From the NCBI GenBank assembly GCA_965203805.1, contig OZ241917.1, positions 2,016,001 to 2,080,000 of the forward strand: 64,000 nucleotides of DNA, given 5' to 3'. The notes under the pieces are model-generated. The model was not told the origin of the DNA. It worked only from the letters and a program-made list of their open reading frames with translations, and made no database searches. This DNA is from Candidatus Latescibacterota bacterium (lineage in GTDB: Bacteria; Latescibacterota; UBA2968; GCA-2709665). The position numbers were made by a program, and so were the translations under genes. Position 1 is the stretch's first letter; each line of letters begins with the position of its first letter. This document shows, piece by piece, positions 8,745 through 18,597 of the stretch.

Positions 8745-10418
8745 ATGATCGAAGACCTGCTGCCGATCGGTTTGCTCATCGTCGTCGCCAAGCTCCTTGA
8801 GTGCCTCCTCGACCGTGTCGGACTGAGTTCAATTGTCGCCTACACGGCGGCGGGATTAATCCTCGGCCCCATCGCGGGTATTGTTGAGCCATCCAGCAAG
8901 CTGCAGATCTTCCTTGGCATCGGCGTCTTCATCCTTTTTTTCCTCGTCGGCCTCGACGAAATAGACATCCCCGGCTTTGTGGCAACCATCCGGGGGCGTT
9001 TTTTTTGTGCAGCTATTGTTTCAGTTGTGATCTCGATGGTTGCTGCCATGGTGGTCACGTCGGACCTCTTCAACGTGGATTTCGCCCTCGAACTCGATTT
9101 CAGGGACGCGCTTGCGCTCGCCGGAATCCTCTCGATGTCGAGTCTGGGGCTTGTGGCGAAGGTGCTGGCAGACAGGGGATTTCTGAAAGAACCCCTTGGT
9201 CTCGAGATATTCACCACGGTCATCATCGCCGAGATGGTCACACTCCTGGTCGTGGGATTCAGCATCGGAGAACATACCATCGGCGCACACGACCACCTCT
9301 GGGGAGGCGCCGCCAGCGTGGTATTCCTGCTCGCGCAGGTCGCGGCTTTCGCGGTTGTGGCGTGGATTCTGTCCGCCAGAGTGATGCCGCCGACAATTCT
9401 CTTTCTGAAACGACTCTTCAACGTCCCCGAGTTGTCGTTCGGATTGCTGATTGGCGGCCTGTTTCTGATGGTTGTCGTTGCCGAAGAGATGGGGCTTCAC
9501 GGGGCCCTCGGCGCCTTGCTTTTCGGCGCGGCACTGTCGGGGCTGCCGCGTCAGGTGCACAATGACGTTATGCCCGGCATTCGGAGCGCGGCGGAAGGCC
9601 TGTTTGTTCCTCTCTTTTTTGCGTCGGCCGGTTTGCGGCTCGATTTATCGTTCCTCTCGCTGCCGGTGGCAACCATCATCGCGGTGCTGACGGTTCCCGC
9701 GGCGGGAAAGTTCGCCGGCGCATTCATTGGTGCCTATGTGGCTCGACTCGACAAACCGTACGCGCAAGCGGCCGGACTGATGGCGAAAGGTGTGGCCGAG
9801 ATCGCGCTTCTGCTGGTCCTGCTGGAAAACGGCGTGATCGGACAGGACGTGTTCTCGCTGGTTGTGCTCGCGATGTTCGGCTACATCGTGCTGATGCCGC
9901 AGGCAATATCATCCGCGGTCAACAAAGCGCGCCTGACCCACCGCCCGACGCCGCCGGACGTTGTACCGACCTCCTTCGCGCGTCGCGCCCTCGACGACAT
10001 CACGGCCGGTCACGTTCTGGATCCGTCAAGGTCGTATCCCGATGTATCGCTGTCAATCAGAAAATTCGCAGATGACTGGATCGTGCCGGATCAACAGGAC
10101 TACGTCGTCGTCGACAACGGCGCCGTTGCGGGGACCGTTTCGCCGGCACGGCTGACGTCTGTCCCGATGGGATCCTGGGCGGACACACCGCTCCAGCGTG
10201 TGCTCCGACCGGACCCGCCCCATGTCGAACCCGACGAGCCCATTGCAGACGTCCTTCAAAAGCTGTCGCGCCACTCCATGTCGGTGATACCGGTCCGGGA
10301 CAAGGAGTCACACGATTTCCTGGGCACCATTACCAGTCACGACGTTATCGACCTCGTCCTTCTGATGGATGAAATCGCCGACGAGTTGAAGGAGATGGAA
10401 AGCCACACGGCGAATTGA
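8745..10418 (+). CDS. cation:proton antiporter (CPA2-like) with C-terminal CBS pair
   Basis: Multiple TM segments, GLILGP, FVPLFFASAGL; C-terminal CBS-like VIPVRD...GTITSHDV. Confidence 0.85.
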   Translation: MIEDLLPIGLLIVVAKLLECLLDRVGLSSIVAYTAAGLILGPIAGIVEPSSKLQIFLGIGVFILFFLVGLDEIDIPGFVATIRGRFFCAAIVSVVISMVAAMVVTSDLFNVDFALELDFRDALALAGILSMSSLGLVAKVLADRGFLKEPLGLEIFTTVIIAEMVTLLVVGFSIGEHTIGAHDHLWGGAASVVFLLAQVAAFAVVAWILSARVMPPTILFLKRLFNVPELSFGLLIGGLFLMVVVAEEMGLHGALGALLFGAALSGLPRQVHNDVMPGIRSAAEGLFVPLFFASAGLRLDLSFLSLPVATIIAVLTVPAAGKFAGAFIGAYVARLDKPYAQAAGLMAKGVAEIALLLVLLENGVIGQDVFSLVVLAMFGYIVLMPQAISSAVNKARLTHRPTPPDVVPTSFARRALDDITAGHVLDPSRSYPDVSLSIRKFADDWIVPDQQDYVVVDNGAVAGTVSPARLTSVPMGSWADTPLQRVLRPDPPHVEPDEPIADVLQKLSRHSMSVIPVRDKESHDFLGTITSHDVIDLVLLMDEIADELKEMESHTAN

Positions 10419-10542
10419 CTCCGCACGCGACCATCCGTAACACAATGGGCCGCGAACGAAGCGCGATCCGGCTACAAACCGTTAACGCAAATCCGCCGGT
10501 TTTGGAAGTTCAGCAAACCATCCTATCCCTGGGTAATTCGAA

Positions 10543-11712
10543 ATGTCAGTACTCCCGTACAAAATTCTGGTAGTGGACGACGAGCCCGACCTCGAACCGC
10601 TTATGCTGCAGCGAATGCGGCGTCCGATCCGCCGGGGCCGTTACACGTTCGTATTTGCGCGAAACGGGATCGAGGCTCTCGAACGGTTGAACCAGGATGA
10701 CACCATCGATATGGTGCTATCCGACATCAACATGCCCCAGATGGACGGGCTTACGCTGCTCGAGCAGATACCTAAAGTAGACCCGAACATCCGTTCCGTG
10801 ATTATCTCTGCCTATGGCGACATGAAGAACATCCGGATCGCCATGAATCGCGGCGCGTTCGATTTCGTCACCAAGCCTATCGACTTCTCGGACCTCCAGG
10901 TGACCATTGATCGGACGATGCGCCATCTGATCGAGTGGCGGGAAGCGCTCGAGTCCCGGGACAAGCTGATTGCGCTTCAGAACGAACTCGACGTGGCAAG
11001 CAAAATGCAACAGTCGATCCTGCCAACACGGTTTCCAGAGAACCCTGCCTACCAGGCATACGGGAGCATGGAACCCGCTCGAAACGTCGGCGGTGACTTC
11101 TTCGACATTATTCGACTCGAAGACGGTCGTCTCGGCATTGCGATCGCCGATGTTTCGGACAAAGGCGTTCCCGCAGCCCTCTTCATGATGTCGAGTCGTA
11201 CGGTGTTGCGGGGCGCGGCAATCGGAACCTCAAACCCCGGTGAGGTGTTGTTCGAAATGAACAATTCGCTGTTCGAGAACAATGAAGCCGCGATGTTTGT
11301 TACCGTCTTCTACGCGGTGTTCGATCCCGTGAACCGGCAGTTCACATACGCCAACGGCGGCCACAATTCTCCGCTGATCGTCAACTCTGACGGCCAGGCG
11401 ACCATGCTTCCCCTCACGGGTGGAATCGCACTTGCCATGATGCCGGATATCGAATACGGATACAATTCCGTCACGCTTGCACCCGGCGATACGGTCGTTC
11501 TATACACTGACGGCGTGACGGAAGCCATTGACGAGTCGGAGGAAGAATTCGGCGTCCAACGCCTGCAAAGCGTTTTCTCGAGTGCGCCGCCGGGCGACGC
11601 ACGACAGGCAAACGGTGCGGTCTTCGATGCGGTGAATGACTTCGTAGGGGAAACTCCCCAGTTCGACGATATAACCTGCGTTACGTTTCGGTACAGGGGG
11701 GAAGAGACGTGA
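10543..11712 (+). CDS. receiver + PP2C (SpoIIE) phosphatase, RsbU-like
   Basis: ILVVDDE, DINMPQMDG; VGGDFFD, ADVSDKG, YTDGVTEA, DDIT. Confidence 0.92.
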   Translation: MSVLPYKILVVDDEPDLEPLMLQRMRRPIRRGRYTFVFARNGIEALERLNQDDTIDMVLSDINMPQMDGLTLLEQIPKVDPNIRSVIISAYGDMKNIRIAMNRGAFDFVTKPIDFSDLQVTIDRTMRHLIEWREALESRDKLIALQNELDVASKMQQSILPTRFPENPAYQAYGSMEPARNVGGDFFDIIRLEDGRLGIAIADVSDKGVPAALFMMSSRTVLRGAAIGTSNPGEVLFEMNNSLFENNEAAMFVTVFYAVFDPVNRQFTYANGGHNSPLIVNSDGQATMLPLTGGIALAMMPDIEYGYNSVTLAPGDTVVLYTDGVTEAIDESEEEFGVQRLQSVFSSAPPGDARQANGAVFDAVNDFVGETPQFDDITCVTFRYRGEET

Positions 11713-12125
11713 GCGCGAGACAATCCTTTCGTATCGGCGCGGATCTCGACGAATTGCGGCGGGTTGCCGAAGCAGCCGAGGAACTGGGACTGCAGGAAGA
11801 CTGGTCGCCAGCCCTGGTGCACCAGGTAGATCTCGCCATCGAGGAATTTGGGAACAACATTGTCCGACACGGGCTCGCGGGCGGTCCGGGCGAGATAGAG
11901 ATTACGCTGACCTCGGACGCCGAAGCGATCATGATCGAGATTTCGGACGACGGCCAACCCTTCAATCCACTTAAGGACGCGCCGAAACCCGACCTGGAAG
12001 CCGCGCTCGAGGATCGACCCATCGGCGGACTCGGCATTCACCTGGTACTTACGATGATGGATGAGATGCACTACCGGCGAGAGAACGAAAGGAATCATCT
12101 GACACTGGTGAAGCGGAGGGTCTGA
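11709..12125 (+). CDS. anti-sigma factor Ser/Thr kinase (RsbW-like)
   Basis: LAIEE..NIVRHG, DDGQPFNP, GGLGIHLV; GTGA overlap with the upstream gene. Confidence 0.9.
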   Translation: MSARQSFRIGADLDELRRVAEAAEELGLQEDWSPALVHQVDLAIEEFGNNIVRHGLAGGPGEIEITLTSDAEAIMIEISDDGQPFNPLKDAPKPDLEAALEDRPIGGLGIHLVLTMMDEMHYRRENERNHLTLVKRRV

Positions 12126-13306
12126 TGAGATTCGCGTTCCGCGTGTCGACGAGGTTCGTTGTCGCTTTGATCGCGCTGGCGCCCGCCATTGAGGGCGGCG
12201 AGTTGGAAACGGGAGTCTCGGACACAAGCATCGTTTTCGGCCAGTCCGCCGCTTTCACAGGTCCCGCCGCGCAACTCGGCACCGACATGAAACGTGGTAT
12301 CGAAGCGGCATTTCACGAGATCAACCAGCGCGGCGGTGTCCACGGCAGACGGTTGGGGCTCGTTTCTCGCGATGACGCATACGAGCCGGAAGCCGCCATT
12401 GCAAACACGCTCTACCTCATCAACGAGGCACAGGTGTTCGCACTCATCGGCGCCGTGGGCACGCCCACGTCCCGTTCAGCCACACCGGTCGCTGCGGAAG
12501 CCAATATTCCATATATCGCTCCGTTTACGGGTGCGGCGTTTCTCCGTGAAGCCAAATGGAACAACGTGATCAACCTGAGGGCGTCGTACGACCAGGAGAC
12601 GGAAGAAATGGTGGCGCGCCTGACTGGCGACCTGGGTATCAAGCGTATCGCCGTCCTGTACCAGGACGATTCCTTCGGCCGTGCCGGGTACCACGGCGCG
12701 CGTCGCGCACTCGAACGGCGCGGTATGGAGGCTGTGGCCGTGGGTTTGTATCCGCGCAATACAACGGCAGTGAAAACAGCATTGCTCGACTTGCGCATGG
12801 CGACTCCCGAGGCGGTGATTCTGATTGGCGCGTATGGTCCGGTTGCCACGTTTATCGCGTGGGCGCGGCACATCGGTTGGGACCCTGTTTTCATTACGAT
12901 CTCTTTCGTGGGCAGCAATGCGCTCGCCAGGCAGTTGGGCCCCGCGGGAGCGGGAGTCTACGTCACCCAGGTCGTGCCGTTTCCCGACGACGACGTCTTC
13001 CCTGTCGCATCGGCCTATCGACGGGCACTCGCAACGTTCGAGCCCGGTGCAGCTCCAGGGTTCGTCTCCTTCGAAGGGTACCTGGCCGGTCGCCTCGCCA
13101 TCGCCGCCCTCCAGCGTTGCGGCCAGGACGTAAGACGGGCCGCTTTTCTCAACAGCCTTCGCAATACCAGAATTGTCGATATCGACGGATTTGAACTGCG
13201 ATACGGCAGCCAGGACAATCAGGGGTCGGATGCCGTTTTCCTGACCATGATCAATCGTAACGGCCGCTACTATCCAATCGATAAGCTCCAGGACGCGGAG
13301 CCGTGA
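12125..13306 (+). CDS. type I periplasmic ligand-binding protein (LivK-like)
   Basis: GQSAAFTGPAA, GGVHGR, DDAYEP, VGTPTS, LRASY. Confidence 0.85.
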   Translation: MRFAFRVSTRFVVALIALAPAIEGGELETGVSDTSIVFGQSAAFTGPAAQLGTDMKRGIEAAFHEINQRGGVHGRRLGLVSRDDAYEPEAAIANTLYLINEAQVFALIGAVGTPTSRSATPVAAEANIPYIAPFTGAAFLREAKWNNVINLRASYDQETEEMVARLTGDLGIKRIAVLYQDDSFGRAGYHGARRALERRGMEAVAVGLYPRNTTAVKTALLDLRMATPEAVILIGAYGPVATFIAWARHIGWDPVFITISFVGSNALARQLGPAGAGVYVTQVVPFPDDDVFPVASAYRRALATFEPGAAPGFVSFEGYLAGRLAIAALQRCGQDVRRAAFLNSLRNTRIVDIDGFELRYGSQDNQGSDAVFLTMINRNGRYYPIDKLQDAEP

Positions 13307-15504
13307 TCCGTACTCTGAAACAGCTTCTCAAAGGGCGCTTCCGCATCGCCACGCAACTCTATCTGGGAATCGGTGGCGCGGTTGCCATAACCATGGTTGC
13401 GAGTCTGGTCGGATGGTTCTCATTTGACCTCGTCGGCGATATCCAGAACCGCGTGAACGAGGGCAGCGTCCCGGAAATGGCCGCCGCGTTTGGCGTCGCC
13501 CAGCAGAGCGGTACCCTGGTCGCCGCGGCACCCCGTTTGACCTCGGCCGCTACGGTGGCCGACTTCGTTCGAGTCAAGGCGGATATTGCCGCAGAGCGCA
13601 GGGCGTTCGAATCACAGTTGGCAGCCCTGGTGCAAAGGGACACCCGGAAGGAAGACGAGGAGCGTTTCAGCCGAATACACAGCTATGCCGCCGCGCTGAT
13701 GTCCAACATCGACGCGATTGAGCGTGAGGTCGCCGAGCTGTTCGAGGTCAACTCGCGCAGCGAAGAACTGCGTGCGGAACTGTCCAATCTTCGGTCGAAA
13801 TTGTTCGGCATGCTCATTCCGGCCATCGACGACCAGTTGTTCTACGCGATGACAGGCTACCGTACCATCGGCCAGCCGCCCGCGCCCCGCGAGCGGCACT
13901 TTTCGGACGAAGAATTCGATCGGTACCGCCACCTCGCCGATCTAAAGGCCGATGCCACCATCGCGACACAGCTGCTGTCCAGCTCATTCAATCTGTCGGA
14001 CGCACTCCTGCTGGAGCCGTTGCGCGAACGCTTTGAGGCCGCTGCCGGGCGCATCGAGCGCAGCCTGTCGGCACTGGGTACATCACCATGGCGCGACCAG
14101 ATCGCACCGCACCTGAAGTGGCTCTTCGAACTGGGTCTGGGCGAACAGGGCGGGTTCGACCTTATCGTACGTGAGTTCGAGCTGACCGACCGGCAGCGCA
14201 ACCTTCTGCAGGACAACCTGAGTCTTGAAATCAAGCTCGGCGCGGAAGTCGAGGGTCTCGTCAGCGCTGCCCGCGAACGCACACGCGAGGCCACGCTGGC
14301 ATCTACACGGGCCATTGGTACCGGTCGCAGCGTACTGCTGGGACTGAACGTGGTCAGCATCACCGGCGCCCTGCTGATCGCGTGGCTCTTTGTCGGCCGC
14401 GTGCTATTGCGACGGCTCGAACGGCTGTCGAACAGAATGCAGGGGATGGCCGACGGCGACCTGGAAGCCAAAGTCGATATCAGCGGAAACGACGAAGTCG
14501 CGGATATGGCGGCGGCACTGGAGGTATTCAGGCGGCATGCCCTTGAAGTCCAACGCCTGAACCTCGTGGAAAAACTCGCAGAGGAGTTACGGGAGAAGAA
14601 CGAACAGCTGGAAGCCGTGTTGGAAGACCTCCGACGGGCGCAGGACCAGATCGTGATGCGTGAGAAACTGGCGGCGCTCGGCGAACTCACCGCCGGGGTC
14701 GCCCACGAGATCAAAAACCCGCTGAACTTCGTCAAGAACTTCTCCGAGGTCTCCCAGGAACTTCTGGAGGAACTTGGAGAGGAACTCCAGGACACGCTCA
14801 GCGAAGAAGGTGGTGAACTTGACGAAGAGGGGCGCGAACTCGTCCAGGAAATATGCCAGGACCTCAACGACAACCTCGCACGCATCCGGGAACACGGCGA
14901 GCGGGCTAACCGGATCGTCCAGGACATGCTTTCAATGGGCCGGGGCTCGGCTCAGCGACAGGCCACCAACATCAACAACCTGCTCGACGAACACGCCCGG
15001 CTCGCCTACCATAGCGCCAGGGCGAGCGACACCGAATTCCAACTCGATATCAAACAGGATCTGGACCCTTCCGTTGGTGACGTCGAGGTAGTACCTCAGG
15101 ACCTCGGCCGCGTATTCCTGAACATGGTAAGCAACGCCTGCCATGCAACCGACGAGAGACGACGCGCCGTCGAACAGTCGGAAGACAATAAGGGTTCTTA
15201 CATGCCCACATTGTGGTTGACGACCCGACGTGACCCGGAACATCTGGTCGTGAGCATCCGGGACAATGGTACCGGGATGCCACCGCACGTCGTAGAAAAG
15301 ATCTTCAACCCGTTTTTCACCACGAAACCGACAGACGAGGGTACCGGGCTCGGTCTTGCACTTTCCAACGATATCGTACGCGAGCATGGAGGCAGCATCC
15401 GGGTCGAAACCGAGCCCGGTGAATATACCGAGATGATTGTAGAGATTCCCCTGGAAGCGCCCGCGTTTGTGGCGGAGGAGACCAACGATGGGGATGCGCC
15501 CTGA
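13303..15504 (+). CDS. sensor histidine kinase with TorS-like periplasmic domain and HAMP
   Basis: Two TMs around a long helical sensor; HAMP; AHEIKNPLN H-box; DNGTG, FNPFFTTK, GTGLGL. Confidence 0.9.
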   Translation: MIRTLKQLLKGRFRIATQLYLGIGGAVAITMVASLVGWFSFDLVGDIQNRVNEGSVPEMAAAFGVAQQSGTLVAAAPRLTSAATVADFVRVKADIAAERRAFESQLAALVQRDTRKEDEERFSRIHSYAAALMSNIDAIEREVAELFEVNSRSEELRAELSNLRSKLFGMLIPAIDDQLFYAMTGYRTIGQPPAPRERHFSDEEFDRYRHLADLKADATIATQLLSSSFNLSDALLLEPLRERFEAAAGRIERSLSALGTSPWRDQIAPHLKWLFELGLGEQGGFDLIVREFELTDRQRNLLQDNLSLEIKLGAEVEGLVSAARERTREATLASTRAIGTGRSVLLGLNVVSITGALLIAWLFVGRVLLRRLERLSNRMQGMADGDLEAKVDISGNDEVADMAAALEVFRRHALEVQRLNLVEKLAEELREKNEQLEAVLEDLRRAQDQIVMREKLAALGELTAGVAHEIKNPLNFVKNFSEVSQELLEELGEELQDTLSEEGGELDEEGRELVQEICQDLNDNLARIREHGERANRIVQDMLSMGRGSAQRQATNINNLLDEHARLAYHSARASDTEFQLDIKQDLDPSVGDVEVVPQDLGRVFLNMVSNACHATDERRRAVEQSEDNKGSYMPTLWLTTRRDPEHLVVSIRDNGTGMPPHVVEKIFNPFFTTKPTDEGTGLGLALSNDIVREHGGSIRVETEPGEYTEMIVEIPLEAPAFVAEETNDGDAP

Positions 15505-17008
15505 TCTCAGACACTTGCCGGTGTTGATATTCGCCGTATGCCTGCCCTGGGGCTGCAGCGGCGACCGTTCGGTTGCGCCGTCGGCCTCCGGGGTAGAGGA
15601 ACAGACGGTTCAATCGCTTGGCAAACTGGCTGCCGGAGGCGTTACCGCGCGGGCCGTTGTGTTGGCAACCGTGAGGCAGGACGGCGTGCCTTTGGATGGC
15701 GTTGCCGTCGCACTCGCCCGTTCGGTTTCCGGACTGGCGCCGGTTTTCACATGGACAGACACGACGGATGCGTATGGACGAGTGCGCTTGGATATCGCCG
15801 TCGTTCGCGGCAGCTATTTCAGGGCCCGCGCCACTCGCGGCGGTAGCCAGCTGGGTTTCTGGTCGAGCATTCCAGTCAACGGTGGACAAAGAGTGACGGT
15901 CGACCTGCCCGTTGGCGGGACGGCGCGGGTGACCGACACGTCGAACCTCGAGTCGGGGCGCCTTCCGGCGGCGATTCGGGTCGGTGTCGTTCTTCCCCTG
16001 TCGGGTGACGGCTCGTCTGTCGGCCGTTACGTAATAAACGGTATGGAACTTGCGCGAGAAGAGGTCAACCGGTATGAACTTGACGCCTCAACATTGGAAT
16101 TTATCGTCGAAGACAGTGAGAGCAGTGCGAGTGTCACGGCAACGGCTTTCGAAAAGCTGATTCACGAAGATAAAGTTTCGGTCATCCTCGGACCGGGATA
16201 CTCCTCATCAGCCGCGGCGGCATTTCCGATTGCCCAGCAAAACAACGTCGTGGCGTTCAGCCCGACCGCGGCGGCCGCCGGATTGGGAGCGATTGGCGAC
16301 TTCGTGTTCAGGGTCCCCGCGCCTGTAAGTCGGATTGCACAGAGCACGCTTGAGGTTGCAACCGCGAAGCTGAACTTGAAGAGCGTTGCCGTCATCTACG
16401 ACAGCACCGACGTTTTTTCTCGGAGCGGTTACGAGGAAACCGTTAAGGCACTTGATGAATTGGGGGTCGAGAGGCTTGCAGTCGAGGCGTTCGCAACCGG
16501 ACAGACAGATTTTACCGCGGCACTGGCTCGAATAAACGACGTGAGACCTGACATCATTCTGGTCTGGACCCGGCCGATACAAAGGGTCGCAATTCCAGTG
16601 CAGGGCCGCCGGCTTGGCATCCCTTACGAAATTCCATTTCTCGTTTTCGGCTTCGCTTCGAGCCAGATCGAACCGGCGGGCGCCGCGGCAGAAGGGTTGA
16701 TAACGGGGACTGTCTGGTCACCTTCAATCGATACACCGAGAAATCGTGCATTTATCGAGAATTACCGCCATAAATTCGGCGGCGATCCCAATCTGTTCGC
16801 GGCGGAAGGATATGTATGTGTTCGCATTCTTGCGGCCGCAATTGCGGCGACCGGATCCATCGTATCTGAATCCGTCAGGGACGCGCTGGCAGCAATCGAT
16901 ATGCCGACCGTTGTCGGACCATTCGCTTTCGACTCGAATGGAGACCCGACCTATCCTGCGGTCCTGCAGGTGGTCAGGAACGGCAGATTCGAAACACTGG
17001 GGAATTGA
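15488..17008 (+). CDS. lipoprotein: shared N-terminal module fused to a LivK-like binding domain
   Basis: SD GGAGGAG; Cys after the hydrophobic leader (PWGC); VGVVLPLSG, GDFVFR, TDF, TVVGPFAFD. Confidence 0.8.
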   Translation: MGMRPDLRHLPVLIFAVCLPWGCSGDRSVAPSASGVEEQTVQSLGKLAAGGVTARAVVLATVRQDGVPLDGVAVALARSVSGLAPVFTWTDTTDAYGRVRLDIAVVRGSYFRARATRGGSQLGFWSSIPVNGGQRVTVDLPVGGTARVTDTSNLESGRLPAAIRVGVVLPLSGDGSSVGRYVINGMELAREEVNRYELDASTLEFIVEDSESSASVTATAFEKLIHEDKVSVILGPGYSSSAAAAFPIAQQNNVVAFSPTAAAAGLGAIGDFVFRVPAPVSRIAQSTLEVATAKLNLKSVAVIYDSTDVFSRSGYEETVKALDELGVERLAVEAFATGQTDFTAALARINDVRPDIILVWTRPIQRVAIPVQGRRLGIPYEIPFLVFGFASSQIEPAGAAAEGLITGTVWSPSIDTPRNRAFIENYRHKFGGDPNLFAAEGYVCVRILAAAIAATGSIVSESVRDALAAIDMPTVVGPFAFDSNGDPTYPAVLQVVRNGRFETLGN

Positions 17009-17087
17009 TCGCACGTCGCGGCGTCGCCGAAGATGCCCTTCGATACCGACTACATAAACCGCAACCGGAAATATTCAGGCTGTCGCC

Positions 17088-18521
17088 ATGGATTTCGACA
17101 CGTACGCTCTGGATCGGGAGTTTTACGACGAGATGTTTCTTCCGGACGGTAGTCCCAGGGAGCACTGCCGACCGCTTTTCGAAGCACTGAGCGATCTCTC
17201 CAGGGAAGAACTTTCGAGCATCCAGGAACGGGTAACGCGTTCTTTTGCCAACGAGGGGATAACGTTTACCGTATACGGCGACGAGGAAGCCACGGAACGC
17301 ATCATTCCGGTCGACTGCCTGCCGCGGGTCCTATCCGGCGCCGAATGGGGTCAACTCGTCAGCGGACTCACCCAGCGCCTCGCCGCCCTCAATCGATTTC
17401 TCCAGGACATATATAACGAGGCACGCATCATAGAAGACGGCGTGATCCCGGCGGATATGGTTAAGGGTTGCCCGCAGTACCGCGTGGAAATGCGCGGCGT
17501 TTCTCCGCCCCATGGCGCCTGGGTTTCCGTCTGTGGAACCGACCTCCTTCGCACCAACGACGGCTTTCTGGTCCTCGAAGACAACCTGCGCGTCCCCTCG
17601 GGCGTTTCGTATATGGTGGCGAATCGCAAGGCGGTGAAGGCAGGTCTGCGCCGCCTATACAGGCGTTCACGCGTACAGGACGTGGAACATTACGGCAGGT
17701 TGCTGCGCGAGATTCTGGTCGAGCTTGCTCCGGGGGGGCGTTCCGATCCCTGCATCGTGCTGCTGACGCCAGGCGTTTACAATTCGGCTTTTTACGAGCA
17801 CATGTTTCTTGCTCGCGAGATTGGCGCGGCGCTTGTCGAGGGACGGGACCTCCTCGTCTACGACGGCTTTGTCTACATGCGCACCACCACCGGCCTCCGG
17901 CGGGTGGACGTGGTCTATCGGCGCGTCGACGACGACTTTCTCGACCCGCTGGCCTTCCGCGCGGATTCCCTGCTCGGCGTGCCCGGCTTGCTCCACGCCT
18001 ACAAATTGGGCAACGTGACGCTTGTGAACGCGCCAGGCACGGGCGTGGCCGACGACAAGAGCGTCTATGCCTACGTTCCGGATTTCATACGCTACTACCT
18101 GGGAGAAGAGCCCATACTGGCCAGCGTCGAGACTTACCTGTGCCGCCATCCGGAACAGCTTGAATACACGCTGGATAACCTTGAGAACCTTGTTGTAAAG
18201 CGTGTTGGTGAGTCGGGGGGTTACGGCATGCTGGTCGGGCCCCACGCCACGCCCGAGGAACGCGAGGATTACGCCAGGGAGTTGCGTGCCGACCCCGCCG
18301 ACTTCATCTCCCAGCCGGTTCTGTCGTTTTCCCGCTCCCCGTGCCTGGTGGACGGCCGGTTCGAACCGCGGCACGTCGACCTGCGTCCATTTGTACTCCA
18401 CGGCCGGGAGACGCGCATCGTACCCGGCGCATTCTGCCGGGTTGCCCTGCGTCGAGGCAGCATCGTCGTGAACTCCAGTCAGGGGGGAGGCGGGAAGGAT
18501 CTCTGGGTCCTGGAAAACTGA
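17088..18521 (+). CDS. circularly permuted type 2 ATP-grasp protein
   Basis: GITFTVY, VLEDNLRVPSGVSY, YRRVDDDFLDP, HVDLRPF, VVNSSQGGGGKD. Confidence 0.92.
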   Translation: MDFDTYALDREFYDEMFLPDGSPREHCRPLFEALSDLSREELSSIQERVTRSFANEGITFTVYGDEEATERIIPVDCLPRVLSGAEWGQLVSGLTQRLAALNRFLQDIYNEARIIEDGVIPADMVKGCPQYRVEMRGVSPPHGAWVSVCGTDLLRTNDGFLVLEDNLRVPSGVSYMVANRKAVKAGLRRLYRRSRVQDVEHYGRLLREILVELAPGGRSDPCIVLLTPGVYNSAFYEHMFLAREIGAALVEGRDLLVYDGFVYMRTTTGLRRVDVVYRRVDDDFLDPLAFRADSLLGVPGLLHAYKLGNVTLVNAPGTGVADDKSVYAYVPDFIRYYLGEEPILASVETYLCRHPEQLEYTLDNLENLVVKRVGESGGYGMLVGPHATPEEREDYARELRADPADFISQPVLSFSRSPCLVDGRFEPRHVDLRPFVLHGRETRIVPGAFCRVALRRGSIVVNSSQGGGGKDLWVLEN

Positions 18522-18597
18522 AGAGACCGAATCCGAAGACGTTGGATGGTTAAGTCACGTATTTTGCCATTGCGGCGAAACCACGAAAGGAGAGGGT

